Made by a program: the position numbers and the translations under genes. DNA of 58,094 nt. It comes from a virus (Duplodnaviria; Caudoviricetes). Location of the stretch: the IMG/VR virus record IMGVR_UViG_3300030110_001023, positions 1 to 58,094 of that record; one strand, given 5' to 3'. The notes under the pieces were generated by a model, which worked only from the letters and a program-made list of their open reading frames with translations, had not been told where the DNA came from and did not search any database. Below are positions 17,074 to 26,632 of the stretch, one piece after another (position 1 is the stretch's first letter; every line of letters starts with the position of its first letter).

Positions 17074-17217
17074 ATGGCAACGAAGTCTAAAAGCAAAGCT
17101 GTAGCAAAAAAAGCTACAGCTAAACCTGCTGAGAAGAAAACTGTTGCTGCCAGCACTCCCCCCAAAGGGAGTGCTGAATACAAGGCTCTGGTCTTGCAGG
17201 GCAAGATAAAGGAGTAA
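17074..17217 (+). CDS. 47-aa Lys/Ala-rich protein
   Basis: RBS AGGAG; MATKSKSKAVAKKATAKPAEKK...PPKGSAEYKALVLQG; not in ORF track. Confidence 0.65.
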   Translation: MATKSKSKAVAKKATAKPAEKKTVAASTPPKGSAEYKALVLQGKIKE

Positions 17218-17221
17218 GCTT

Positions 17222-17629
17222 GTGGCAGATGCAGTAACAACTCAAACGATTGTTGACGGCCAAAAAGAAGCAGCTTTTAAGTTTACTAATGTGAGCGATG
17301 GATCAGGCGAGTCTGCTGTTGTTAAGGTAGATGTGTCGGCTCTAGCAAAGGAGCATGTAACTCAAAAATCCTGCACTAAGTTTACCATTGATCAAATTTG
17401 GTGGCAGTGTGTGGGAATGAAGGTGCAGCTTCTTTTTGATGCAACGAGTAACGCTTTCATTATTGAGCTTGGAGAAACTTCTTCTGGTCATCATGACTAT
17501 CGTGATTTTGGTGGGATATGGAATAATGCTGGCTCTGGTGTTACGGGAGATGTCTTGTTTACAACTGTAGGCCATTCATCAGCCGATACCTACACGATCT
17601 TACTTTCTGGTCGTAAGAGTTATGGCTAA
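17222..17629 (+). CDS. virion structural protein
   Basis: MADAVTTQT..DG...KFTNVSDGSGESAVVKVDVS...DFGG..NNAGSG.TGD. Confidence 0.65.
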   Translation: MADAVTTQTIVDGQKEAAFKFTNVSDGSGESAVVKVDVSALAKEHVTQKSCTKFTIDQIWWQCVGMKVQLLFDATSNAFIIELGETSSGHHDYRDFGGIWNNAGSGVTGDVLFTTVGHSSADTYTILLSGRKSYG

Positions 17630-17988
17630 TGACCAAGAAGTTTCCCGGTGTTAAGAGGCTACCTAGTGGCGGCATAGAATATCGCGGCACTAAGTTTGCT
17701 GGGTTTAATAAACCCAAGCGATCTAATCGTGCTGGCAAGAAGGGTATGGTTCTTGCCAAAGAGGGCGATAAGGTAAAGCTGATACATTATGGTGACTCGT
17801 CAATGGGGCACAACTATTCTCCAGAAGCGAGGAAGAGCTTCAAAGCCAGACATGCTAAAAATATAAAAAAGGGAAAAATGTCTGCTGCATTTTGGGCCAA
17901 TAAAGAACTTTGGGGTGGGCCGGGAAAGTCAAAGAAATCTCCACCAAAATCTCAGAAGTCTGTGAAGGGTATAAAGAGACGGTCATGA
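17629..17988 (+). CDS. basic phage protein
   Basis: K.IHYG...M......ARKSFKARH...SAAFWA...LW pattern. Confidence 0.65.
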   Translation: MTKKFPGVKRLPSGGIEYRGTKFAGFNKPKRSNRAGKKGMVLAKEGDKVKLIHYGDSSMGHNYSPEARKSFKARHAKNIKKGKMSAAFWANKELWGGPGKSKKSPPKSQKSVKGIKRRS

Positions 17989-18212
17989 AGAACCATTTTG
18001 CAACTGTGTTAACATCATGCTGTCTAGCCATTGGAGGTTGGGCAGTTCTGTTGCTTGTTGATATGGACAAAAAGGTTGCTGTTCTTGAATCTTCAGTATC
18101 AGAAACAAATGTAAAGGTTAGTCAGAACTATGATCTAATCAAAATTGTTTTGACAGAGTTAAGGCCATTTACCAAGACAAACCAGATTTCTTATGAAGAG
18201 GTAAAAAAATGA
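17985..18212 (+). CDS. small membrane/coiled-coil protein
   Basis: ATGA overlaps at both ends; TM segment followed by coiled coil. Confidence 0.55.
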   Translation: MKNHFATVLTSCCLAIGGWAVLLLVDMDKKVAVLESSVSETNVKVSQNYDLIKIVLTELRPFTKTNQISYEEVKK

Positions 18213-18499
18213 AATACTCTGATCAAAAGAAAAAAATGAAAATGGCGAATGGTGGTCTGCCTGAAGATTTAAATATGGGCAACATTGAAGGTCGTCTTCG
18301 TAATATTGGCAATCAACTCCGTGGCAGCAGTTTAAGCTTTATGGATAATTTAACTGATGCTGAAATCCTTCAACAGGTTTTAAACTCTCAACAAGCGCAA
18401 AATTTTTTAACTCAGATTGGAAACGTGTCTATCCCAAAAAGTAAGGCTATTAGAAAAGCGGGATCAATCAGAGGGCCAAGGCCACCAAGGATGGATTAG
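18209..18499 (+). CDS. hypothetical protein with MANGG motif
   Basis: RBS GAGG; KKKMKMANGG N-terminus. Confidence 0.55.
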   Translation: MKYSDQKKKMKMANGGLPEDLNMGNIEGRLRNIGNQLRGSSLSFMDNLTDAEILQQVLNSQQAQNFLTQIGNVSIPKSKAIRKAGSIRGPRPPRMD

Positions 18500-18503
18500 G
18501 ATA

Positions 18504-19202
18504 ATGGCGGTAAGCGGAACATCTACGTTTAATTTAGACATAGCCGAAATTTGTGAGGAAGCTTACGAAAGGGCTGGTCTTGAGATGCGTAGTGGTTACG
18601 ACCTTGCTACTGCAAGACGCAGTCTTAATCTTATGGGCCTTGAGTGGGCAAACCGTGGTATCAATCTGTGGCTTGTTGAAGAAGGAAGCGTAACGCTATC
18701 TACAGACACAGCAACTTATACGTTACCGACTGATACCATCGATCTTCTTGAGCATACGCTCAGGACAAACAACGGCACTACCAGCCAGACTGATACTGCT
18801 TTGGTAAGGATGTCCGTAAGTACATACTCACAGATTACCAACAAGCTTACCTCAGGTCAGCCAACACAAATATATATAGACAGACAAAGGGATGCTCCGA
18901 CTGTAACTCTTTGGCCAGTGCCAAGCTCTACATATAATGGAGACTTTATACGGTACTTCAGGCTTCGGCGTGTTCAAGATACAGGTGCCAAGTCTAGTAA
19001 TAATGTAGACATACCTGCGCGATTTCTCCCATGCATGGTAGCTGGCTTGTCGTATTATATAGCACTCAAAAAGCCAGAAGCCGCGCAACGTATTCCGACA
19101 CTCAAAGCTATTTACGAGGAGCAGTTTGATTTAGCTGCTGAAGAAGACCGTGAAAAAGCAAGCTTAACATTTACACCTTTATCGGATTACTATTCGCTAT
19201 GA
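18504..19202 (+). CDS. head-tail adaptor / tail tubular protein
   Basis: EEAYERAG...ARRSLN....EWANRGINLW, G.P, LWPVP, L...YEEQF..A..EDR. Confidence 0.75.
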   Translation: MAVSGTSTFNLDIAEICEEAYERAGLEMRSGYDLATARRSLNLMGLEWANRGINLWLVEEGSVTLSTDTATYTLPTDTIDLLEHTLRTNNGTTSQTDTALVRMSVSTYSQITNKLTSGQPTQIYIDRQRDAPTVTLWPVPSSTYNGDFIRYFRLRRVQDTGAKSSNNVDIPARFLPCMVAGLSYYIALKKPEAAQRIPTLKAIYEEQFDLAAEEDREKASLTFTPLSDYYSL

Positions 19203-19543
19203 GTAGTCCATACGCAAATGGTAAGTATGCCTTTGGGTTCTGTGATCGAACTGGTTTTAGGTATCCGTTAAAAGACCTTGTCTTTGAGGTTCGTAATGGT
19301 GTGAAGACTGGTTTGCGGGTAGGCCGTGATGTTGTTGATCCAGATCAACCTCAAAACTTTTTGGGGCGCATACGGATATTTGATCCGCAATCATTGCGCG
19401 ATCCAAGGCCAGACAGAAGCTTAGAGGCAAGCAGAAGCTTTTTTGGTTGGAACCCAGTCGGAGATGGAGGGACGGCTCCTAGCGGCACTGACAGCCTCTC
19501 TATGCAGGGTTCTGTAGGCGATGTTACGGTAACAATATCTTAA
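19199..19543 (+). CDS. conserved neck-region protein
   Basis: YA.GKYA.G.CDRTGFRY...DP.QPQ...DPQSLRDPRPD. Confidence 0.65.
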   Translation: MSSPYANGKYAFGFCDRTGFRYPLKDLVFEVRNGVKTGLRVGRDVVDPDQPQNFLGRIRIFDPQSLRDPRPDRSLEASRSFFGWNPVGDGGTAPSGTDSLSMQGSVGDVTVTIS

Positions 19544-19554
19544 AGGAGATTACG

Positions 19555-20010
19555 ATGGCTGAAAAAATAAAACCCCCTAGAATGGCCCCCGGTGAAAAAA
19601 CAACCACTCTTAAACCCCCTACTTCAGAAAAAGAAGCTATGGAAAGAGCAATAAAAAGAATGCAAGCAAGAGAAGCCGCTAAAAAAGAAAGCGTAAAGCC
19701 AAAGAAAATGGGTGGTGGTAGTCTTTCTTATGGAAAGATGAAAATGGCTGGCGGCGGCATGGTTGATGACATGAAGGCTGCTGGTTTTAAAATGGCTGAA
19801 GGCGGTAAAATGCCTATGGACCCAAAGACGGGTAAGCCTACTTTTGTTGGAGACGGCAAAGGCAAGATGGGTCATGGCGGTATGGCATACGGCAAAAAGA
19901 AAATGATGGGTGGCGGTATGGCTTATGGCAAAAAGAAGATGATGGACGGCGGTTCTGTAGCTCGTGGCAGTGGAGCAGCACGTCCACAAAAGTTTGGCAA
20001 GAATGGCTAG
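19555..20010 (+). CDS. Lys/Met/Gly-rich protein with repeated (K)MxxGG units
   Basis: Six KMxxGG-type repeats, C-terminal ARGSGAA; RBS AAGGAG. Confidence 0.7.
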   Translation: MAEKIKPPRMAPGEKTTTLKPPTSEKEAMERAIKRMQAREAAKKESVKPKKMGGGSLSYGKMKMAGGGMVDDMKAAGFKMAEGGKMPMDPKTGKPTFVGDGKGKMGHGGMAYGKKKMMGGGMAYGKKKMMDGGSVARGSGAARPQKFGKNG

Positions 20011-20016
20011 TGAGTT

Positions 20017-20661
20017 ATGGCTTGGACATTTACCACACTTAAAACGGCTATTCAGGATTATGTAGATAATTCTGAAACTACGTTTGTAAACAATCTGGAT
20101 GAGTTTATTCGGATTGCTGAAAACAGAATATTTTATTCTGTGCAGCTACCTATATTCAGAAGGAATGTAACGGGTAGCTTTACAACTGGTGGTAAGTATC
20201 TTTCTCAGCCAACAGACTTTTTAACTGCTATGAGTCTTTCTGTAACAAGCGGTAACAATACGACATATCTTTTGCCTAAAGATGTTAACTACATTACCGA
20301 AGCGTACCCAGACTCTACTGAAACAGGTCTTCCTAAGTATTACGCCATCTTTGATGATACTTTTTTTATCGTAGGACCAACGCCTGACTCTGGGTACACC
20401 ACCGAACTTCATTATGCATATCAACCTGAAAGCATCACCACAGCTTCTAGCGGCACAAGCTGGCTTGGTGATAATGCTGAAGATGCATTGTTGTATGGTT
20501 CTTTAGTAGAAGCGTACACATTTATGAAGGGTGAAGTGGACTTGATTACAAACTACACAGAAAGGTTTGCAGCTTCTGTTCAAAAACTCAGTAATCTGGG
20601 AGAAGCTAGAAACCGCAAAGATCAATATCGTAATGGCGCTTTCCAAGTACAGGAGACATGA
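20017..20661 (+). CDS. second adaptor/tail-tubular-like protein
   Basis: LKTAIQDY...FIRIAENRI, G.PKYYA, PTPDS.Y..ELHY, LLYGSLVEAY.FMKG. Confidence 0.7.
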   Translation: MAWTFTTLKTAIQDYVDNSETTFVNNLDEFIRIAENRIFYSVQLPIFRRNVTGSFTTGGKYLSQPTDFLTAMSLSVTSGNNTTYLLPKDVNYITEAYPDSTETGLPKYYAIFDDTFFIVGPTPDSGYTTELHYAYQPESITTASSGTSWLGDNAEDALLYGSLVEAYTFMKGEVDLITNYTERFAASVQKLSNLGEARNRKDQYRNGAFQVQET

Positions 20662-20954
20662 TGCTATCTCTTAATGCAGAAATGCCCAGTGATTTTAAGG
20701 TTGATGTAGGCACAACAAATAACAGAGGACATACACCTTCTGAAGTTGCAGAGATGTGCGTTAATAAACTTATGCATGTTTCGGAAGATGCGCCCCCAGC
20801 TATAAGGGATCAAGCTGTGTTCTTTAAAGATCAACTTTTTGTTTTGGTTGAGCATTACATGAAACAAGCAGTTGCAAGTGATAGGACAAATGTAATTAAT
20901 GCTTTAACAAACGCTGGCTCACCTCAGTTGGCTGAAATGATACGGAGACTTTAA
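20658..20954 (+). CDS. conserved hypothetical protein
   Basis: V.TTNNRGHTP.EVAEMC..K...VS..APPAIRDQA. Confidence 0.65.
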   Translation: MMLSLNAEMPSDFKVDVGTTNNRGHTPSEVAEMCVNKLMHVSEDAPPAIRDQAVFFKDQLFVLVEHYMKQAVASDRTNVINALTNAGSPQLAEMIRRL

Positions 20955-21386
20955 ATGGCTATATCACAGGCAATGTGTACTTCTTTCAAAGTTGAGTTGA
21001 TGAAAGCTGTCCACAACTTTACAGCATCCACTGGTAACACTTTTAAGTTGGCGCTGTACCAAAGCACTGCTTCTCTTGATGCAACAACAACTGCTTACAC
21101 TTCTAGTGGTGAAGCAACTGGTACAGGTTATTCTGCCAAAGGAGGAACGCTGACAAGTGTTACCCCTACTTCTAGCGGCACCACAGCAATAGGTGATTTT
21201 GCTGATCTTACTTTTTCTTCAGTCACCGTTACGGCTCGCGGTGCTTTGATATTTAACGAAACAGCCACGGGTGACCCGGCTGTTGTTGTTTTAGATTTTG
21301 GTGCTGACAAGTCTGCAACTGCTGGGGATATGACAATAACCTTTCCGACAGCTAGTGCGACTGCTGCAATTATTAGAATTGGATAG
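20955..21386 (+). CDS. virion structural protein (tail/fibre associated)
   Basis: MAISQAMCTSFK.EL...FKLALY...GY.A.G..L...ARGALI.N...VLDFG.DK. Confidence 0.7.
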   Translation: MAISQAMCTSFKVELMKAVHNFTASTGNTFKLALYQSTASLDATTTAYTSSGEATGTGYSAKGGTLTSVTPTSSGTTAIGDFADLTFSSVTVTARGALIFNETATGDPAVVVLDFGADKSATAGDMTITFPTASATAAIIRIG

Positions 21387-21396
21387 AGTTTAGAGT

Positions 21397-22203
21397 ATGT
21401 CTACGTCGGGTTGGGGCAGGGGAACATGGGGTAGTGGCTCTTACGGGCAACCTATTATTGCTGACACCACTTATGCTGTTACAGTCTCCAATCCCGGTAG
21501 TGGTAATAAATATTATATAGATGGTGTTTTAACACCCACTCTAAACCTACAAGAAGGACAAACATATAAGTTTGATCAGTCTGATAATACAAATGATGGT
21601 CACCCATTACGCCTTTCTACCACTTCAGACGGGACACATGGAGGAGGCTCTGCTTATACAACTGGTGTAATAACATCAGGAACACCAGGAAACTCAGGCG
21701 CTTTTACTCAGATAACCGTTGCCGCAGGTGCGCCTAATTTATACTACTACTGCTCAAGTCACTCTGGTATGGGAGGCGCGGCAATAACTCCTGCCCCCGT
21801 AGATGGTTGGGGCAGAGGGGAATGGGGTAGCGGTCCTTGGGGCCAACCTGATACAGTTACAGTTACTGGGGTAGCGGCCACAGGTGCTGTAGGTACAGCT
21901 ACTGCTGCTGGTGGCGTTGGTATAACTCTAACGGGCGTTTCGGCTACAGGTGCTGTTGGTAATACTGCTGAATCAGAAGGAACTGGTGTAACAATATCCC
22001 TATCTGGTGTAGAACTAAATGCATCATTAGGAAATGTGACGGCTACAGCAGGAACTGGTATAGTAATTGACGTAACGGGTCTTGAGGCTACAACGGGTAT
22101 TGGAACTGTAAATATTTGGGGAGAAATAATCCCGACACAAGATGCATCTTGGTCAGCGATATCAATATCTCAAGATGCTGATTGGACTGACATAGCTGCA
22201 TAA
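21397..22203 (+). CDS. tail-associated protein with a cupredoxin-like domain and GWGRGxWG repeats
   Basis: G.TY.FDQSD..N.GHPLR...LYYYCSSHSGMG, flanked by GWG repeats and V.TGV.ATGAVG repeats. Confidence 0.7.
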   Translation: MSTSGWGRGTWGSGSYGQPIIADTTYAVTVSNPGSGNKYYIDGVLTPTLNLQEGQTYKFDQSDNTNDGHPLRLSTTSDGTHGGGSAYTTGVITSGTPGNSGAFTQITVAAGAPNLYYYCSSHSGMGGAAITPAPVDGWGRGEWGSGPWGQPDTVTVTGVAATGAVGTATAAGGVGITLTGVSATGAVGNTAESEGTGVTISLSGVELNASLGNVTATAGTGIVIDVTGLEATTGIGTVNIWGEIIPTQDASWSAISISQDADWTDIAA

Positions 22204-22217
22204 AAAGGAATGAAACT

Positions 22218-23585
22218 ATGACTTCAACATATACGAGTAATCTTGGTATTGAAAAACCAGCTACTGGTGATCAGTCAGGAACATGGGGTGATACCACCAA
22301 TACCAACTTTGATATTGTTGACCGTGCTATTGCAGGTGTCGGCTCTATTACTTTGAGTGGCACGTCACACACGCTGACGACAACAGATGGATCGCTTACA
22401 GACGGAATGTTCAGAGTTCTGGTTTTGGCAGGAAGTCCAACTGGAACAAACACCGTAACAATTTCACCCAACGACCAAGATAAATTTTATCTGGTTAAAA
22501 ACGGAAGTGGGCAAAGCGCAGTTTTTAGCCAAGGAACTGGCGCAAATGTTACCATACCAAACGGCGGTGCAGATATAATCTTTGCAGACGGCGCAGGTAG
22601 TGGTGCTGCTGTTTCCAGTATTTTTGCCAACTCGTTATCTTTTGGAAAAATAAATCTTACATCAGATACGGCTGCTGGAGATGCGGCGGCATTAGGAGCT
22701 ACGGGTAGTGAGGGTTTGATATTAACAGGTCAGGGAAGCACCAATGATGTAACCATCAAAAACGATGCTGACCAAGACGTGTTAGAAATTCCAACAGGAA
22801 CACAAAATGTTACCGTTGCTGGTGACTTTACGGCAGCAGGAACTTTAAATGTTACAGGAGATACATCAGCAGGAGATAGTGCTGCTATAGGCTTTGCGGC
22901 GGCAGATGGTCTTGTTCTAACAGGTCAGGGTTCTACTAATGACGTGACCATTAGGAATGATGCAGATGCTGAAGTTTGTGGCGTACCAACAGGTACAGAT
23001 GATTTACGGTTTCCTGACGATGCAAAGATAGAAATGGGAACTGGCGGCGACTTACAGCTTTATCACGATGCATCAAACAGTTACATCGTTGATAACGGCA
23101 CAGGTAATCTTAAAATTGCTGGTAGCCAGATCGACTTTATGGGTGGTGCTGATAGTGGCGAGACTATGGCTACTCTTGCTGATAACGGCGCTGTCACTTT
23201 GTATCATGACAATACGGCAAGGGTGGCAACCTCAGGAACTGGGATTGCAGTTACGGGAACTGTAATAGCAACAACTGATACTGACACGTCAAATACAGGG
23301 AGTACTGTGTTAGACTTTGGGACAAATCAAAACTTTGTTTTAACGCTTACAGGCAATATTACGCTGGCTAACCCTTCAACAGAACAGGTTGGTCAAGCTG
23401 GCATAATTGTGTTTATACAAGACGGCACAGGTTCAAGAACTGTAACACTTGATACAGACTATGAAAGTCCTGCTGCTGGGGGCATTACCCTTAGTACAAC
23501 AGCGGGTGCCGTAGATGTTGTCCCGTATTTTGTAAAAGCTTCTGGCTCTATTCAACTTGGCGCACCACAACTGGCGTTTGGCTAA
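22218..23585 (+). CDS. tail fibre protein
   Basis: N-terminal STY..NLGIEKPATGDQSGTWG..TNTN anchor, internal ~50-aa duplication, C-terminal QDGTGSRT. Confidence 0.8.
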   Translation: MTSTYTSNLGIEKPATGDQSGTWGDTTNTNFDIVDRAIAGVGSITLSGTSHTLTTTDGSLTDGMFRVLVLAGSPTGTNTVTISPNDQDKFYLVKNGSGQSAVFSQGTGANVTIPNGGADIIFADGAGSGAAVSSIFANSLSFGKINLTSDTAAGDAAALGATGSEGLILTGQGSTNDVTIKNDADQDVLEIPTGTQNVTVAGDFTAAGTLNVTGDTSAGDSAAIGFAAADGLVLTGQGSTNDVTIRNDADAEVCGVPTGTDDLRFPDDAKIEMGTGGDLQLYHDASNSYIVDNGTGNLKIAGSQIDFMGGADSGETMATLADNGAVTLYHDNTARVATSGTGIAVTGTVIATTDTDTSNTGSTVLDFGTNQNFVLTLTGNITLANPSTEQVGQAGIIVFIQDGTGSRTVTLDTDYESPAAGGITLSTTAGAVDVVPYFVKASGSIQLGAPQLAFG

Positions 23586-26071
23586 TGACTATGTTTTCTT
23601 CTTTTTGGATGGCGAATGCTGGCGGTGCTTCTGGGTACGCTGTTGAAAACAGTGCCCGGTTTGACTCTGCTAGTAGTCAATATCTGTCCAGAGCAAACAG
23701 TGGCACCCCTACATCTACCAATGAGTTTACAGTAAGTTGGTGGTGGAAAGATGCCACTCCCGATAAATCATACACGGAAAGCGGCAACTACACTCACTTT
23801 GGCATGAGTCCAACCGCAAACTTCTTTTATATAGGGGTAGGGGCTGGAGCTTCAGCGGGTACTTACGAATTTAATGTTTACTCTAAAGACTCAAGTGGAA
23901 CTACCAGAACAGATTATGACAAAGCCAACTTGCGCGACCCTAATGGGTGGAACCATTTTGTTGTAGCTATTGATACTGATCAGTCAACCGCTGGAAATAG
24001 AAAACGTATGTATCGAAATGGAGTTGAGGTAACAAAACGAGCCTCTTCTGACTTTGGATCAGGTGTAACTTTCCCTGGTATGGCAGACGGGCAAAGCATG
24101 TACTGGGCTTATAACGGTTCATCTGGAAATTACATGATGGGATATCTTGCTCAATGCGCCTTCGTAGATGGGCAGCAGCTAACCCCATCAGATTTTGGAG
24201 AGCATTCAAATGAAGGGGTATGGCGTCCTAAAGATTTATCCGGTTTAACTTTTGGAAGTTACGGGCATTGGCTTAAATTTGAAGATAGTTCAAACGTAGG
24301 ATTAGACAGTAGCGGCAACTCAAATAACTTTACGAATAACAATACTGTCATTCAGACTAACGACTCGCCTACTAAAAATTATGCGGTGTTAACGCCTCTT
24401 AGCGCACAACAAAGTGGCGAGTTGTCTAAAGCAAATACCGCGACAACTTCTGGTTCCGATCAGGGAATGACCTTTGCAAGTTTTCCTGTAACGACTGGTC
24501 AAAAAGTTTACATAGAGGCTACTTGTTCTGGGGCTACTTCGTGCATGACAGGTTGCGTAAAGGCAATATCAGCAACAACCAGAGACCCTACTTCTGATTT
24601 TGACGGCCTTGAAACTGCTGACGGCGGTGCTGGTCGGCTGCTTCATGTTGGGCTAGGAGATGTTTTTAATTCTGACGGCAATTACAGCGCAACAAACTAC
24701 GCTCCAAATGATAGCGTTCCCGTCACCCATATGATTGCCCTTGATCTAGTTAATGACAAGATTTATTGGGGCGATGCTGGGGTGGGTGCAAGTGGATGGT
24801 CGAATGGTTCGGGTAGTTTTAATCAAGCCTTTGGTTCAGCAGTTGGAGTTGATTTGACGGCTAACCTAGATTGGTTCTTTGCCTTTAGGCCGTTTGGTGG
24901 AACTATTGAGGTAAATTTTGGTGCAACAGCTTTTACTGTCAGCCCACCAACTGGTTATAGTTCAGGTTATTCGGCAGCTATTGAAAGAGAAAATCGTGAG
25001 ACTGCTTTGACCATTGAAGACGGCACGGCTCATTTCCAAGCAACTACATACTCAGGCAATGGCGGTTCAAATGAAATTAATCAGTCTGGAAATTCGCAAT
25101 TCCAACCTGACTTGGTATGGCTTAAAGAGCGTGATGGTGGGAATCACGGCACACTAATAGACGCAGTGCGTGGTGCTAATAAAGGTATGTACCCTTCTCT
25201 CAGTAATGCTGAATACACTGAAAGTAACCTAAGTTTTGATGCAGATGGTTTTTCACTGTCAGCGACAGGCTCTGCTGCTCAAGTTAACGGTTCTAGTAAT
25301 ACTTATATTGGTTGGCAGTGGCTTGCTGGCAATGGCACATCTACACCAAGCGGTGGAGATATAGCAACGACTGTATCAGTTAATCAAACAAATGGTTTTT
25401 CTATAGTAAAATGGACGGGTAACGGAAATGATGGGGCTACGATAGCTCATGGTTTGGGTGCGGCCCCTTCATGGATAATATACCGCAAGACAGCCGCACA
25501 ACAATGGTTTGTTCAACATGCAGGTATGACAGGTGGCGTTGCTAATGGCAGTTCAACTAAACAAATGGTTCTTGATGCCATCGGTGGAGAAGGTGGGCCG
25601 TTTAGTGGGGGTTACATTGACACAATTGGTAGCTCAACAATGACTTTACAACAAGGGTCTTCAAGCATTGTGAATTGTAACGATAGTGGTGCAGAGTACA
25701 TTGGATGGTTTTGGTGCGAAAAACCCGGATTTAGTGCATTTGGTTCCTACGAAGGGACTGGCAATGCAAATTACGGCGCTTTTGTGGATTTAAAATTTAA
25801 GCCCGCATTCCTTATGGTTAAAAATGTAGACGCAAACGGTGGATGGGCTATGTACGATAATGCTAGAACGCCGTTTAACCCAAGCAACAAAAATATAAAT
25901 GCAAATGCAAACGCTGCTGAATATTCACCTGATTATCCAATAGACTTTTTGTCCAACGGATTTAAAGTTAGGGATGCTCAAGCGTATGTAAACACTGATG
26001 GTCAAACTTATATCTACATGGCTTTTGCGGAACATCCCTTCGCGGGAACAACACCATCCACGGCATACTAG
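23585..26071 (+). CDS. receptor-binding fibre/spike with LamG/concanavalin-like and SPRY-like domains
   Basis: NSARF, RDP.GWNHFVVA.DT, G.DSSGN.NNF, NFGA..F...PPTGY, FQPDLVW.K.R, YIYMAFAEHPF. Confidence 0.78.
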   Translation: MTMFSSFWMANAGGASGYAVENSARFDSASSQYLSRANSGTPTSTNEFTVSWWWKDATPDKSYTESGNYTHFGMSPTANFFYIGVGAGASAGTYEFNVYSKDSSGTTRTDYDKANLRDPNGWNHFVVAIDTDQSTAGNRKRMYRNGVEVTKRASSDFGSGVTFPGMADGQSMYWAYNGSSGNYMMGYLAQCAFVDGQQLTPSDFGEHSNEGVWRPKDLSGLTFGSYGHWLKFEDSSNVGLDSSGNSNNFTNNNTVIQTNDSPTKNYAVLTPLSAQQSGELSKANTATTSGSDQGMTFASFPVTTGQKVYIEATCSGATSCMTGCVKAISATTRDPTSDFDGLETADGGAGRLLHVGLGDVFNSDGNYSATNYAPNDSVPVTHMIALDLVNDKIYWGDAGVGASGWSNGSGSFNQAFGSAVGVDLTANLDWFFAFRPFGGTIEVNFGATAFTVSPPTGYSSGYSAAIERENRETALTIEDGTAHFQATTYSGNGGSNEINQSGNSQFQPDLVWLKERDGGNHGTLIDAVRGANKGMYPSLSNAEYTESNLSFDADGFSLSATGSAAQVNGSSNTYIGWQWLAGNGTSTPSGGDIATTVSVNQTNGFSIVKWTGNGNDGATIAHGLGAAPSWIIYRKTAAQQWFVQHAGMTGGVANGSSTKQMVLDAIGGEGGPFSGGYIDTIGSSTMTLQQGSSSIVNCNDSGAEYIGWFWCEKPGFSAFGSYEGTGNANYGAFVDLKFKPAFLMVKNVDANGGWAMYDNARTPFNPSNKNINANANAAEYSPDYPIDFLSNGFKVRDAQAYVNTDGQTYIYMAFAEHPFAGTTPSTAY

Positions 26072-26080
26072 GAGATAAAG

Positions 26081-26632
26081 ATGTTTGTGTTAAACGATAA
26101 AACGGTTTTGCAATCGGGTAAATCTTGGACAGATGATAACGGTCTTACGCACCCAAGTAACTGGGCAAGTGCATGGTCGGTTGACGATAAAGCGGCTTAC
26201 GGTATTAAAGAGGTAAGCATACAAACAAAACCTGATGAAAAATTTTATTGGGTGACTGGCCCAGCTTTAGACGGTTCTTGGACTTCTACGGAAAAAAACT
26301 TAAACGATGTTACACAAACGGTTCTTGGCGAAGACGTTACTACAAAAGGTCTTAAATCAGAGTGGATTAATAGGACAAAAAAAACAGCAAATTCTTTGTT
26401 GGCTCCTACTGATTGGCAAGTAATCGCTAAAGCAGATCGTGACCGCGCTATTGATTCAAACGTAGCAACTTACCGTGCGGCTGTTGTTACCAAGTGTGCC
26501 GCTATAGAAACGTCCATTACCAATGCCGCTAATCTAAATGCCTTTAAGGCGTTATTTGATGTGCCTGTGGACAGCGATGGTAATCCTACAGGTAACGCAC
26601 CTATGTATGATTGGCCTGTGATGGGTGAGTAA
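26081..26632 (+). CDS. tail fibre assembly/chaperone-like protein
   Basis: HPSNW...LLAPTDWQVI...YRAAV...DWP. Confidence 0.65.
   Translation: MFVLNDKTVLQSGKSWTDDNGLTHPSNWASAWSVDDKAAYGIKEVSIQTKPDEKFYWVTGPALDGSWTSTEKNLNDVTQTVLGEDVTTKGLKSEWINRTKKTANSLLAPTDWQVIAKADRDRAIDSNVATYRAAVVTKCAAIETSITNAANLNAFKALFDVPVDSDGNPTGNAPMYDWPVMGE

Noticed and set aside
19870-19950. Tandem DNA repeat as a CRISPR array or ncRNA
   Set aside because: In-frame coding repeat (GGMAYGKKKMM) with synonymous variation.
22655-23000. Repeat pair as a diversity-generating retroelement TR/VR
   Set aside because: Ordinary in-frame tail-fibre duplication; no reverse transcriptase gene and differences are not adenine-specific.
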